Positions 34,762 through 43,559 of a stretch of DNA of 53,257 nucleotides are shown in pieces (positions within the stretch are counted from its first letter, which is position 1; every line of letters begins with the position of its first letter). The stretch covers positions 1-53,257 of the forward strand of contig CAZDDB010000001.1 in the NCBI GenBank assembly GCA_964504105.1, in the 5' to 3' direction. The stretch is from an uncultured Acidobacteriota bacterium (lineage in GTDB: Bacteria; Acidobacteriota; HRBIN11; JAKEFK01). A program made the position numbers and the translations under genes. A model generated the notes under the pieces. That model saw only the letters and a list, made by a program, of their open reading frames with translations. It made no database searches and was not told the origin of the DNA.

Positions 34762-36432
34762 TCAGCTGATTGTGTCCGGTTCTTGTTCGATTGCCGTGTA
34801 ACGCAGGATGAATACCGAAATATCATCCGACTGCGGTGTCCCCGCAGCGTGTTCCGCGACGGCCCGGAAAACGTTCGCAACAATTTCTTCCACAGACTTT
34901 TGCCGGTTTGCGTATAAAATGTTTTTCAAACTCTCTTCCCCCAGCATCTCCCCGCCTTCGCTGCGCGCTTCGGTGACCCCGTCGGTGAACAGGCAAACCA
35001 GGTCTCCCGGCTGAAGATACATGCTGATTTCCTGATACTTTGCAAAGTCAAAAGCTCCCAGAACGACAGAGGCAGAATACAATTCCTCTATGTGTCCATT
35101 CGCGTGGATTACAATCGGTGGATTGTGCCCCGCATTGACGTATCGAAGTTCCCCATCGCGCGAGATTGCCCCATAGAATAGGGTAATGAACTTGTCCGAA
35201 TTAGTGCGGAGAACAAGATACTTGTTCACACTCTCCAGACAGGCCGCGAGAGAGTCACATCGTAGTGCTTCCGCATAAAGAAACCCCTGCGCCATAGAAC
35301 ACAGGAGCGCGGCAGAAATTCCCTTCCCGGAGACATCTGCAATCACGAATCCGTACCGGTCCTCAGAAAGCTTGATCAAATCGTAGTAGTCTCCGCTGAT
35401 GTGACGGCTCGGAATGTTCTGGGCGCATGCCGAAAAAAAACTATACGCTCCGCGGATCTTAGGCAATAAAGTGGCCTGTATTTCATGTGCTGTTGCCAAC
35501 TCGGTCTCCAGACGTTCTTTCTCCCGCGATTCTTTCAGTAACCGCGCATTCTCTATGACTCCTGTCGCATCCGTGGCCAGCGAGTCCAGGATTCCCTGAC
35601 TGATCTTGGAAAAAGATTCCGTTGCCTTCTTACTATCCAGGTAAAGAGCGCCAAGCACATCTTTTCTGCCGACATAGGAAGAAGTGGAGAAATCGACTAC
35701 CTGGTACGACTGCAGGGGTAAACATGCAATGCTGCGAATTTCCAGATTGAGCATGCTTTCTGACATCACATACTTCTCCGGGCCCTGGACATCCGAAAGA
35801 AGAACCCTTTCGCCTGATTCCATCACCTGTTTGAGAATGGTCGTACTAATTTGAAACGCCTCTTCTGGAAGCGGCTGCTTGGCGCGGTTCCGGCCTCGTT
35901 GAAAACGTGGCTCTCCGTTCTTATCCTTCAGCACCAGGAACCCCCGTTCAGCGCGCGTAACTTCGATGGCCATATCCAGCACCAGGTCAAGGATTTCTCC
36001 AAGCGGGAGCGCGCCACTAAAGATTCTCGCCGTCTCCAAAAGCTTCGAAACATTCCGAAGATCGTTTCCCGCAAAGGACATGATAATCGAAGGCGTATCC
36101 GGCCCAAGTCCGGTATCCGTGGTGAGTTGATCTTCTCCCGTGAGAAAGACAGCTTGTGTTTCATTCCCGAGTTGAATCCGGTCCTGGTGCACGAGGATCT
36201 GGTTCTGGATTCGTGTTGCATTGACAAACGTACCGCACTTGCTTCCTTTGTCTACGATCCGGAATTTCTCGCCCTCCCGAATGATCTCAGCGTGGTGGCG
36301 GGAAACTGAAGCGTCATTGGTTTGAAGGTCATTCTCGCCACTTCGTCCGATCGTAAACCGGAGCGCCTCCAGGAAAATAGTTTGTTCTTCTCCCGTTGTG
36401 GAGCGAACAATCTTAATTCGAGGCTTCATCAT
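34762..36432 (-). CDS. FHA - GAF - PP2C(SpoIIE-type) serine phosphatase
   Basis: FHA: FTIGRSGENDLQ..VSRHHAEI..IVDKGSKCGTFVN. Central GAF-like module. PP2C: ISGDYYDL..FVIADVSGKGISAAL..FTDGVTEA. Confidence 0.85.
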   Translation of the reverse strand: MMKPRIKIVRSTTGEEQTIFLEALRFTIGRSGENDLQTNDASVSRHHAEIIREGEKFRIVDKGSKCGTFVNATRIQNQILVHQDRIQLGNETQAVFLTGEDQLTTDTGLGPDTPSIIMSFAGNDLRNVSKLLETARIFSGALPLGEILDLVLDMAIEVTRAERGFLVLKDKNGEPRFQRGRNRAKQPLPEEAFQISTTILKQVMESGERVLLSDVQGPEKYVMSESMLNLEIRSIACLPLQSYQVVDFSTSSYVGRKDVLGALYLDSKKATESFSKISQGILDSLATDATGVIENARLLKESREKERLETELATAHEIQATLLPKIRGAYSFFSACAQNIPSRHISGDYYDLIKLSEDRYGFVIADVSGKGISAALLCSMAQGFLYAEALRCDSLAACLESVNKYLVLRTNSDKFITLFYGAISRDGELRYVNAGHNPPIVIHANGHIEELYSASVVLGAFDFAKYQEISMYLQPGDLVCLFTDGVTEARSEGGEMLGEESLKNILYANRQKSVEEIVANVFRAVAEHAAGTPQSDDISVFILRYTAIEQEPDTIS

Positions 36433-36445
36433 AAAACGAGGCGAC

Positions 36446-37228
36446 TTACGGGGAGGTGGCGGCTGTCCCTTGACCGGGCTTTGTGCGAAGAATCACCTTT
36501 CCCGAAGTTCCGGGTCTCAGCAAACCTTTTCCTTGGCCCGGATCCAGCTCGACGATCGCCTGCGCGGTGCCGCTGGCTGCGTCAATCGTTGAACTGATCC
36601 ATTTCACCCTCCCTGCGAAACTCTTTCCCGTGGCGACATTCGGCACAAAATCTGCCTTCATTCCGGACGTGACTTGCGGCAACTGCTCTTCGGTGATCAA
36701 GATGCGCGCTAGAAGAGGCTCGAGGGCCGTGATCCGAAACAAAGGTGTGTTTTCGTCTTCCACGACACGTTGTCCAATCTTCGCGGATAGCTCAGCCACA
36801 ACTCCCGGGAAAGGGGCTTTGATGATACTCTTTTCAAATTCAACTTTTGCGATCTGATGCTGGGTTTCTGCCCGTTCATTGGAAAGACGCTTCAGATCAT
36901 ACTCTGATTCAGAAAGAAGTTTTTGATCGAAAAGTGACTTCGCTCTCTGATACTCCGCTTTCGTCTCTTCCATGGAGACTTCTGCTTTCTTCACTTCGAG
37001 AGCAAAATCTTCGTTCTGAAGTCTCGCGAGCGGATCTCCTTTCTTTACCCAGGAACCGCGGTCCACGAAAATCTGCTCGATGATCCCGGTCAGGCGGGAT
37101 TTTACTTCCACGTCGTTTTTGGTAAACAGTGCTGTATCAAAACGAAGCGGGGGATCCGCAGGAAAGGCCGCACCTGTAAGGAAAATGAATGTGAGGAGAG
37201 CAGGCAACCTTATATTTCGCAAACCCAT
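36446..37228 (-). CDS. short HlyD/RND-adaptor-like periplasmic protein
   Basis: Signal/anchor LPALLTFIFLTGAAF. Barrel-sandwich KSRLTGIIEQIFVDRGSWVKKGDPLARLQNED, a short coiled coil, and IIKAPFPGVVAEL. Confidence 0.8.
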   Translation of the reverse strand: MGLRNIRLPALLTFIFLTGAAFPADPPLRFDTALFTKNDVEVKSRLTGIIEQIFVDRGSWVKKGDPLARLQNEDFALEVKKAEVSMEETKAEYQRAKSLFDQKLLSESEYDLKRLSNERAETQHQIAKVEFEKSIIKAPFPGVVAELSAKIGQRVVEDENTPLFRITALEPLLARILITEEQLPQVTSGMKADFVPNVATGKSFAGRVKWISSTIDAASGTAQAIVELDPGQGKGLLRPGTSGKVILRTKPGQGTAATSP

Positions 37229-37298
37229 CGTTACCTCAAGTTAGCACAATCCTCGAGCAAATCAAAGCCGTGGGAACGCCCGCGCTACAAACGCGACG

Positions 37299-37327
37299 TT
37301 GACTGAAAATTGAATTGTCTCTAGAAT
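37299..37327 (+). promoter_or_regulatory. candidate sigma-70 promoter giving a leaderless or very short-leader cNMP-FHA/uvrA transcript
   Basis: TTGACT-N17-TAGAAT. The -10 hexamer ends 10 nt before ATG 37338 and no Shine-Dalgarno is visible. Confidence 0.5.
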
Positions 37328-37337
37328 TGACTTACAA

Positions 37338-38105
37338 ATGACCTCCGAGCTTTTCGAGAAGTACCGGGTATCGTATAAGAGGGGACAAATCATTTTTTCC
37401 GAGGGAGACCTGGGGAACGAGATGTTCATCATCCAGAACGGAAAGGTCCGTATCTTTAAGAACATCGATAACTTCGATCAGACGCTGACTGTTTTGGAAA
37501 AGGGGGACTTCTTCGGGGAGATGTCTATTCTGGAAGGAATGCCCCGCTCCGCTTCCGCTGAATCGGAAGAGGATTGCGAGCTGATCAAGATCAACAGCGC
37601 GAATTTTGTCTCGATGATTAAATCGAACATCGAGATCGCGATCAGGATCATGCGAAAACTTTCGTTGCGGCTCCGTGAGGCAAACCAGCAGATCGAAAAA
37701 CTCATGCACGCTTCCACGGAGATGTTTCCTTTGCCCGAACCTCCCCCAGTGAAACAAACAAAGGCAGCCGATGCGCAGGCGTATCTCGTATCCGCGATGT
37801 CGGGGAAAACATTTTCTCTTGGCAAAGAGGAGGCGTATGTCGGGCGGGTGGACCGCGTAACGGGAGCTGTTCCTGATATTGATCTGTCGGATGAAGACCC
37901 CAAACGCTTTATCTCGCGCCGTCATGCAAAGATCGTCAAACAAGAGGAAGAGTTTCTTCTGGTGGAAGAAATCGGCACCGTAAACGGCACGTTTCTGAAC
38001 AATCAGAGATTGGCCACCGGAGCTCCTGTGCCATTAAAAAACGGCGATACGTTGACGTTTGCCAATATCACGCTTACCTTTTATCACACAGCGGCCGAAT
38101 CATAA
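37338..38105 (+). CDS. cyclic-nucleotide-binding domain + FHA domain protein
   Basis: cNMP-binding pattern GDLGNEMFIIQNGKVRI..GDFFGEMSILEG.PRSASA. C-terminal FHA: YVGR..ISRRHAKI..GTVNGTFLNN. Confidence 0.85.
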   Translation: MTSELFEKYRVSYKRGQIIFSEGDLGNEMFIIQNGKVRIFKNIDNFDQTLTVLEKGDFFGEMSILEGMPRSASAESEEDCELIKINSANFVSMIKSNIEIAIRIMRKLSLRLREANQQIEKLMHASTEMFPLPEPPPVKQTKAADAQAYLVSAMSGKTFSLGKEEAYVGRVDRVTGAVPDIDLSDEDPKRFISRRHAKIVKQEEEFLLVEEIGTVNGTFLNNQRLATGAPVPLKNGDTLTFANITLTFYHTAAES

Positions 38106-38138
38106 GTGAAATTGCCTGACAAGTGCAGGCACACCACA

Positions 38139-40907
38139 ATGCAAGATAACATCGTTATTCGTGGCGCGCGCACCCACAATCTTAAGAACCTGTGTGTCGA
38201 AGTGCCTTCTGGAAAATATGTCGTGATTTCAGGAGTGAGCGGCTCCGGAAAATCCAGTCTTGCTCTCGATACCCTGTATGCGGAAGGGCAAAGACGCTAC
38301 GTGGAATCACTGTCCACATACGCGCGGCAGTTTCTGGACAAAATGGAAAAGCCCGATGTGGATGCCATTGAGGGAATCTATCCGGCGATTGCAATTCAGC
38401 AGAGGACAAGCCAGGCAAATCCACGGTCCACCGTAGCCACTGTTACTGAGATCTATGACTACCTGAGGTTGTTGTTTGCGCGCGCCGGACATACGTTTTG
38501 CCCGAAATGCGGTCAGGAGATTCAGGCAGATTCGCCATCTTCCATCCTATCCGAATTCGATCGTCATCTTTCTTCCGACTCCACGCTGCGAATCGGGTTC
38601 CCGGCATCTCAGGAGCTACACCATCGGGCTCTTCTGGACTTGAAACGCAGGGGTTTTTATCGAATCGTCTCGGGCGAAGAAATCCATGATGCGGATGACT
38701 TCTATAAAGAGGTAGCCATTCACGAAAACCCTCCGGAGTATTACGTGCTCGTGGATCGAGTGCGGTTCAAAGGAAATCGCCAGCGAATTGCGGACGCCGT
38801 GGAAACAGCGTTCCGCGAAGGCAACAGCAGCGCCATTGTCGAAACGAACGGAACAAAATACTACTTTAGCGACCGGTTCGAATGCCGCAACTGCAGGATA
38901 CGCTATTCCCGTTCGGATCCCAAAACCTTCTCCTTCAACAGTCCTCATGGAGCTTGCCCCAGGTGTCAGGGCTTTGGAAACATCATGGATCTGGATGAGA
39001 CAAAGATCATACCGGATGCCTCACTGAGCTTGGAAGAGTATCCGATCGCTCCCTGGAATAATTCCGAATACCGGTGGATGTATGAATATGCGCAAGACAT
39101 CGGCGAGCTTCCCAAAGGCGTTCCGGTCTCAAAATTTACTGATCCACAGCGCCGGATTCTGTGGCAGGGAAAAGACCGGTATCCCGGGATTCGCGGATTT
39201 TTCGACCAGTTGCAAAACAAGAAGTACAAGGTCTCGGTCCGGATTTTTCTTGCCCGCTATCGCGGCTATTATCCGTGCGACGAATGTAAGGGGGAACGTT
39301 TACGTCTCGAGGCGAGGATCGTGCGGGTTGGGGGAATCAATATCAGTCAATTCTGCTCTCTCGATGTTCGAAGCGCGCTTGCGTTTCTGAATGAACTGCA
39401 GATGTCCAGCCAGGAACAGCAGATCGGCGGAAAGATTCTGCCGGAAATCAAAAAGCGGCTGCAATATCTGATCGATGTCGGACTCGAATATCTAACGCTG
39501 GACCGGCGTTCCGGCACATTGAGCGGCGGGGAGGCGCAACGGATCAATCTTGCCTCCTGTCTTGGATCCTCGCTCGTGGGAACCCTGTATATCCTGGATG
39601 AGCCGTCTGTTGGACTTCATGCACGCGACATTGGCCGGCTGACCGGAATTCTGCAGAACCTTCGTGATATCGGGAACACTGTCGTAGTAGTAGAACACGA
39701 CGAGGAAATGATCCGCAAGGCTGATTATGTCATTGATCTCGGTCCGCATGCAGGGGAACGCGGCGGAAATTTGGTTTTTGCCGGTGCGGTGGAAGACCTT
39801 CTTCGTCATCCGGAATCCTTGACCGCCCAGTATTTGCGCGGTGAAAAGACCGTGATACCAGCGGCGCCAATCCGACTGTCCACCGGTGGAAGAACGAAAA
39901 CAGAAAAGGAGATCTTACTGAAAGGGGCCCGGGAGCATAATCTGAAGAATCTGACGGTTCGTTTCCCGCTGAATAGACTTGTTTGTGTCACAGGCGTATC
40001 CGGTTCGGGGAAAAGCACTCTGATCCAGGATGTACTTTATCCTGCGCTTTCCCAGGAATTCGGCGAATGGCAAGGAGCCGTTGGCGCTCATGATGGTCTT
40101 ACGGGTTTTCGCAATATTGATGAAGTGGCGTTTATGGATCAATCCCCGCCATCCAGAAGCTCCAAATCTGTGCCGGCCACCTACTTGAAAATCTTTGATG
40201 AAATCCGTGCGCTGCTGGCCTCCACCAATCAGGCGCGTAAGAGCCGGCTCACGGTTTCTGATTTCTCGTTCAATATTCCAGGAGGCCGGTGCGAAGCCTG
40301 TGAAGGAGAAGGGACGCTCCGTGTGGGAATGCTCTTTCTGGCCGATGTGGTTCTGGTTTGTGAGGCATGCAAGGGGAAACGGTACCAGGAAAAAGTTCTT
40401 GAAGTAAAATACAAGGATCGCAGCATTCACGACATCCTGCGATTAACCATTGCGGAAGCGATGGCTTTCTTTTCCAGTCAACCGAAAATCCTGGAAAAAC
40501 TGTATGTTCTCTCATCGGTTGGTCTTGAGTATCTTCGTCTTGGTCAGCCCACTTCCACTCTTTCGGGCGGAGAAGCTCAACGATTGAAACTTGCGTTTCA
40601 TCTGGCACAACCCTCAAAAAATCGTGTTCTGTATATTTTTGACGAACCGACGATTGGCCTTCATTTCGACGACGTTAAAAAGCTGCTTCGCTGTTTCAGG
40701 AAACTGATTCATGGGGAAAACAGCATTATATGCATTGAGCATAACCTCGATGTAATTCGCGCAGCGGATCACGTTGTGGATCTGGGTCCGGAAGGAGGAG
40801 AGAAGGGCGGTTATTTGGTGGCGGAAGGATCTCCGGAAACCATTGCGCACACACCCGCATCTCTCACGGGACGATATTTGCGTGAGTATTTCCGGAAGGC
40901 GCAATGA
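38139..40907 (+). CDS. uvrA: excinuclease ABC subunit A (UvrA family)
   Basis: MQDNIVIRGARTHNLKN.. is collinear with UvrA. Two ABC modules (GVSGSGKSSLA, GVSGSGKSTL; LSGGEAQR x2) and zinc-module cysteines. The ORF is open from GTG 38106, directly after the upstream stop. Confidence 0.9.
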   Translation: MQDNIVIRGARTHNLKNLCVEVPSGKYVVISGVSGSGKSSLALDTLYAEGQRRYVESLSTYARQFLDKMEKPDVDAIEGIYPAIAIQQRTSQANPRSTVATVTEIYDYLRLLFARAGHTFCPKCGQEIQADSPSSILSEFDRHLSSDSTLRIGFPASQELHHRALLDLKRRGFYRIVSGEEIHDADDFYKEVAIHENPPEYYVLVDRVRFKGNRQRIADAVETAFREGNSSAIVETNGTKYYFSDRFECRNCRIRYSRSDPKTFSFNSPHGACPRCQGFGNIMDLDETKIIPDASLSLEEYPIAPWNNSEYRWMYEYAQDIGELPKGVPVSKFTDPQRRILWQGKDRYPGIRGFFDQLQNKKYKVSVRIFLARYRGYYPCDECKGERLRLEARIVRVGGINISQFCSLDVRSALAFLNELQMSSQEQQIGGKILPEIKKRLQYLIDVGLEYLTLDRRSGTLSGGEAQRINLASCLGSSLVGTLYILDEPSVGLHARDIGRLTGILQNLRDIGNTVVVVEHDEEMIRKADYVIDLGPHAGERGGNLVFAGAVEDLLRHPESLTAQYLRGEKTVIPAAPIRLSTGGRTKTEKEILLKGAREHNLKNLTVRFPLNRLVCVTGVSGSGKSTLIQDVLYPALSQEFGEWQGAVGAHDGLTGFRNIDEVAFMDQSPPSRSSKSVPATYLKIFDEIRALLASTNQARKSRLTVSDFSFNIPGGRCEACEGEGTLRVGMLFLADVVLVCEACKGKRYQEKVLEVKYKDRSIHDILRLTIAEAMAFFSSQPKILEKLYVLSSVGLEYLRLGQPTSTLSGGEAQRLKLAFHLAQPSKNRVLYIFDEPTIGLHFDDVKKLLRCFRKLIHGENSIICIEHNLDVIRAADHVVDLGPEGGEKGGYLVAEGSPETIAHTPASLTGRYLREYFRKAQ

Positions 40908-41003
40908 ACTGTGACTCATGCCCGGCCGGGCGTGCGCCTGGATTGTTGCACCGTGCGTGGCTAAAACTCATTGTAGTACTACGGCAATGTTAATCGTAAG
41001 TAA

Positions 41004-41033
41004 TTGACAGACAGCATTTTTTCCTGATATGAT
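41004..41033 (+). promoter_or_regulatory. candidate sigma-70 promoter of the FHA-RDD operon
   Basis: TTGACA-N18-TATGAT, about 50 nt upstream of ATG 41083 (RBS GGAGGGAG). Confidence 0.5.
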
Positions 41034-41082
41034 CCCTTACAATATCCGAGTCTTAAGAGTGGTCATCGGAGGGAGATTCTGA

Positions 41083-42300
41083 ATGGCAAAAATAAATTTT
41101 ATGGACCGTGAGAATCTGTTGCGTTCCTTCGAAATCAAGGATGATATCGTTACCGTTGGCCGGGAAGCCACGAATAAAGTGGTTATCGCGGACCCCAGTG
41201 TTTCACGCCAGCATGCGACCATCGAGAGAAGGGAAGACGGCTATTATCTTGTGGATAAGAACAGCTCGAACGGGACGTATGCGAACGGCAAACGAATCAG
41301 CGCGCAGAAACTCAATCACAATGACAAGGTTAATTTTGGCAGCGCCTCGGTCATTTTTGAAGATGAGGAACAGGTCGCGTCAACATTTATTGTCTCGCGA
41401 AACGAGATGCCCGAAGCGCTTCCCAAGCTGGAAGCCAAAGTTTTAAGTCCGAATGAGCGCCCAACAGATGCGCTGGATGAAATGATGGAAGACAAACCGC
41501 TTCCACCGCCGACTCCTATGATTTCGTCCGTGCCCCCGCAGGCTGACCCTGTGGTTCCGCCGCCGCGGCCGCAGCCTCCTGCGCCGGCGCCTGCCAGGTT
41601 GGAACCGGTGCCCGAGGCCCCTGTTGGAATCTTGTGTCCCACCTGCAGGAAAGTTGTTGACAATGGCGCAAGGTTTTGCGGATTTTGCGGAACGCCTTTG
41701 ACGCCCAAGGCAGTTCCGGCTCCTCCACCTTTACCGCCTGTCGTTGAAAGACCTGCTGCTGTGCCTCCGCCGATCCCGCCGCCGCCACGAACAGTTCTGA
41801 AATCAGAGCTTCAGGCGCGCACACCTGTTCCAAGCTTCGGCAACACAACGAGCACAGGTTTGAACTACGCAGGCTTTGGTCCACGTTTGATCGCATATTT
41901 CATCGATATTGTGATCGTTCTTGCCCTTTCTCTGTTACCTCTTCTTGTCGCGTTCTTTGTCGCGATGCCCGTGTGGCGGGACAATGAACCGCTGAAACCG
42001 TTGGGTATTCTCATTGTGTTCGCTTGCGTCTTTATAGCGTTGCTGATCGCGTTCGGTTATCTTTTGTATTTTACTGGTGTGAAAGGGGCCACTCTGGGCA
42101 AACGAATCATGAAGCTTAAAGTAGCTTTTCCGGACGGCAAATATCCGATCGGATATGGAAAGGCTTTTCTGAGGTTGATCGGGTATGGTGTCAGCGGGCT
42201 GATTTGTTATATCGGCTTTTTGATGATACTTTTCGATAAGGAACAACACCGCGGGCTGCACGACCGGATGGCAGGCACCGTGGTAATCAAGGAATCTTAG
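41083..42300 (+). CDS. FHA domain - Pro-rich linker - zinc ribbon - RDD-family membrane domain protein
   Basis: FHA: VTVGRE..VSRQHATI..LVDKNSSNGTYANG. Zinc ribbon: CPTCRKVVDNGARFCGFCG. C-terminal TM helices ending in ..HRGLHDRMAGTVV (RDD type). Confidence 0.85.
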   Translation: MAKINFMDRENLLRSFEIKDDIVTVGREATNKVVIADPSVSRQHATIERREDGYYLVDKNSSNGTYANGKRISAQKLNHNDKVNFGSASVIFEDEEQVASTFIVSRNEMPEALPKLEAKVLSPNERPTDALDEMMEDKPLPPPTPMISSVPPQADPVVPPPRPQPPAPAPARLEPVPEAPVGILCPTCRKVVDNGARFCGFCGTPLTPKAVPAPPPLPPVVERPAAVPPPIPPPPRTVLKSELQARTPVPSFGNTTSTGLNYAGFGPRLIAYFIDIVIVLALSLLPLLVAFFVAMPVWRDNEPLKPLGILIVFACVFIALLIAFGYLLYFTGVKGATLGKRIMKLKVAFPDGKYPIGYGKAFLRLIGYGVSGLICYIGFLMILFDKEQHRGLHDRMAGTVVIKES

Positions 42301-42307
42301 CGCTCCC

Positions 42308-43468
42308 ATGCGCTTTATTGTTGTCGTCACCCTGTTTTTTATTCTCACACCCCGTATCACGTTCGCATCTCAACCGCCGGCTGAGCTTGTACAGGACTTG
42401 CAACTGATGACGAACGGCCAGTTGCTCGAGGCCTATAGCGCGTTCAAGGAGTTTCACGAAGAAAACCCCGGGGATGCTACAGCTACATTCCTCCTGGCTC
42501 TCTCCAAGTGGAAGATGATGTGGTTATCCACGTACAGCCGGACCGACCGGCAGGAGCTTGTGGAATACCTGGATCAAGTCGATCTTCTTTGCAAACCGCA
42601 AATCGATCGAGACAAAGACGCTCTTTTCTATTATGCGTCCGTGTTCGGGCTACGATCCCAACTTGCTGCGACGGAAAGTGAGTGGTGGGATACTGCCAAG
42701 CTTGGAAAGAAAATGAAAAACCACGCGCAGCGTGTCATTGAAATGGACCCTGAGTACTATCAAGCTTATTACCTCCTGGGCTCCTATAACTATTTCGCGG
42801 ATGCTTTGCCCGGATATCTTAAATTCCTCCGGACCCTTGCGTTTCTACCCGGGGGCGACAGGATGGGGGGGCTGAAGCAGTTGATCCTGGCCTTTGAGAA
42901 AGGAGAAACAGCTTCAGCGGAGGCTGGAAGGACACTCGTTCTGATCTACACATACTTCGAGAAGCGGCATGATTTTGGCGTTCAGATGTGCGATACGCTT
43001 CTCGCGCAGTCTCCCGAAGCCTACGACCTCGGACTTTACAAAGGAATCAATCTCTATTTCAGCATGTCGTGGGAAAAGTCCGTGGAATGGTTTCAAAATG
43101 TGCGAAATCAGATCGCTGCGTATTCCCAGAAGAACGGATCGGAGAAAATTGTCCCTGTATACTTTCCTCTGGAGAGAGAGATTCGTTATTGGACTGCGCG
43201 GAGCATGATCCAGCTACATCGTTATCCGGAGGCGCGTGAACTTTTGTTAGGTCTTACAAATCCGGAAATCCATCAGCCCTGGTGGTTAATGCGCGGGGTG
43301 TATCTTTCTCTTGCGCAGATTGACTATCAACTTGATCAACCTGAGCAGGCGGAAAAATGGCTGGCCAGAGTCTTGGCCTGGAAGGATGCAAAGGAATCAC
43401 ACGATAAGGCGAACCTGCTGCGCAAGAAACACGCCGATCTGGATGTCTTCGATGTTGACATCCTATGA
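42308..43468 (+). CDS. secreted all-helical (TPR-like) hypothetical protein
   Basis: Signal peptide VVVTLFFILTPRITFASQ. 386 aa of helical-repeat character. 7-nt gap from the upstream gene. Confidence 0.6.
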   Translation: MRFIVVVTLFFILTPRITFASQPPAELVQDLQLMTNGQLLEAYSAFKEFHEENPGDATATFLLALSKWKMMWLSTYSRTDRQELVEYLDQVDLLCKPQIDRDKDALFYYASVFGLRSQLAATESEWWDTAKLGKKMKNHAQRVIEMDPEYYQAYYLLGSYNYFADALPGYLKFLRTLAFLPGGDRMGGLKQLILAFEKGETASAEAGRTLVLIYTYFEKRHDFGVQMCDTLLAQSPEAYDLGLYKGINLYFSMSWEKSVEWFQNVRNQIAAYSQKNGSEKIVPVYFPLEREIRYWTARSMIQLHRYPEARELLLGLTNPEIHQPWWLMRGVYLSLAQIDYQLDQPEQAEKWLARVLAWKDAKESHDKANLLRKKHADLDVFDVDIL

Positions 43469-43471
43469 ATA

Positions 43472-43545
43472 AACCACGAAGGTCACGAAGAGCACGAAGA
43501 TAATGTTACTTACTCACCTTCGTGCTCTTCGTGTTCTTCGTGGTT
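43472..43545. repeat. REP-like hairpin, 28-bp arms of 9-bp-spaced CACGAAG heptamers; probable bidirectional terminator or insulator
   Basis: Left arm aaccacgaaggtcacgaagagcacgaag (43472-43499) and right arm cttcgtgctcttcgtgttcttcgtggtt (43518-43545). 26/28 positions pair, with an 18-nt loop. Lies between convergent genes. Confidence 0.85.
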
Positions 43546-43559
43546 CAAATCTATCTTCT

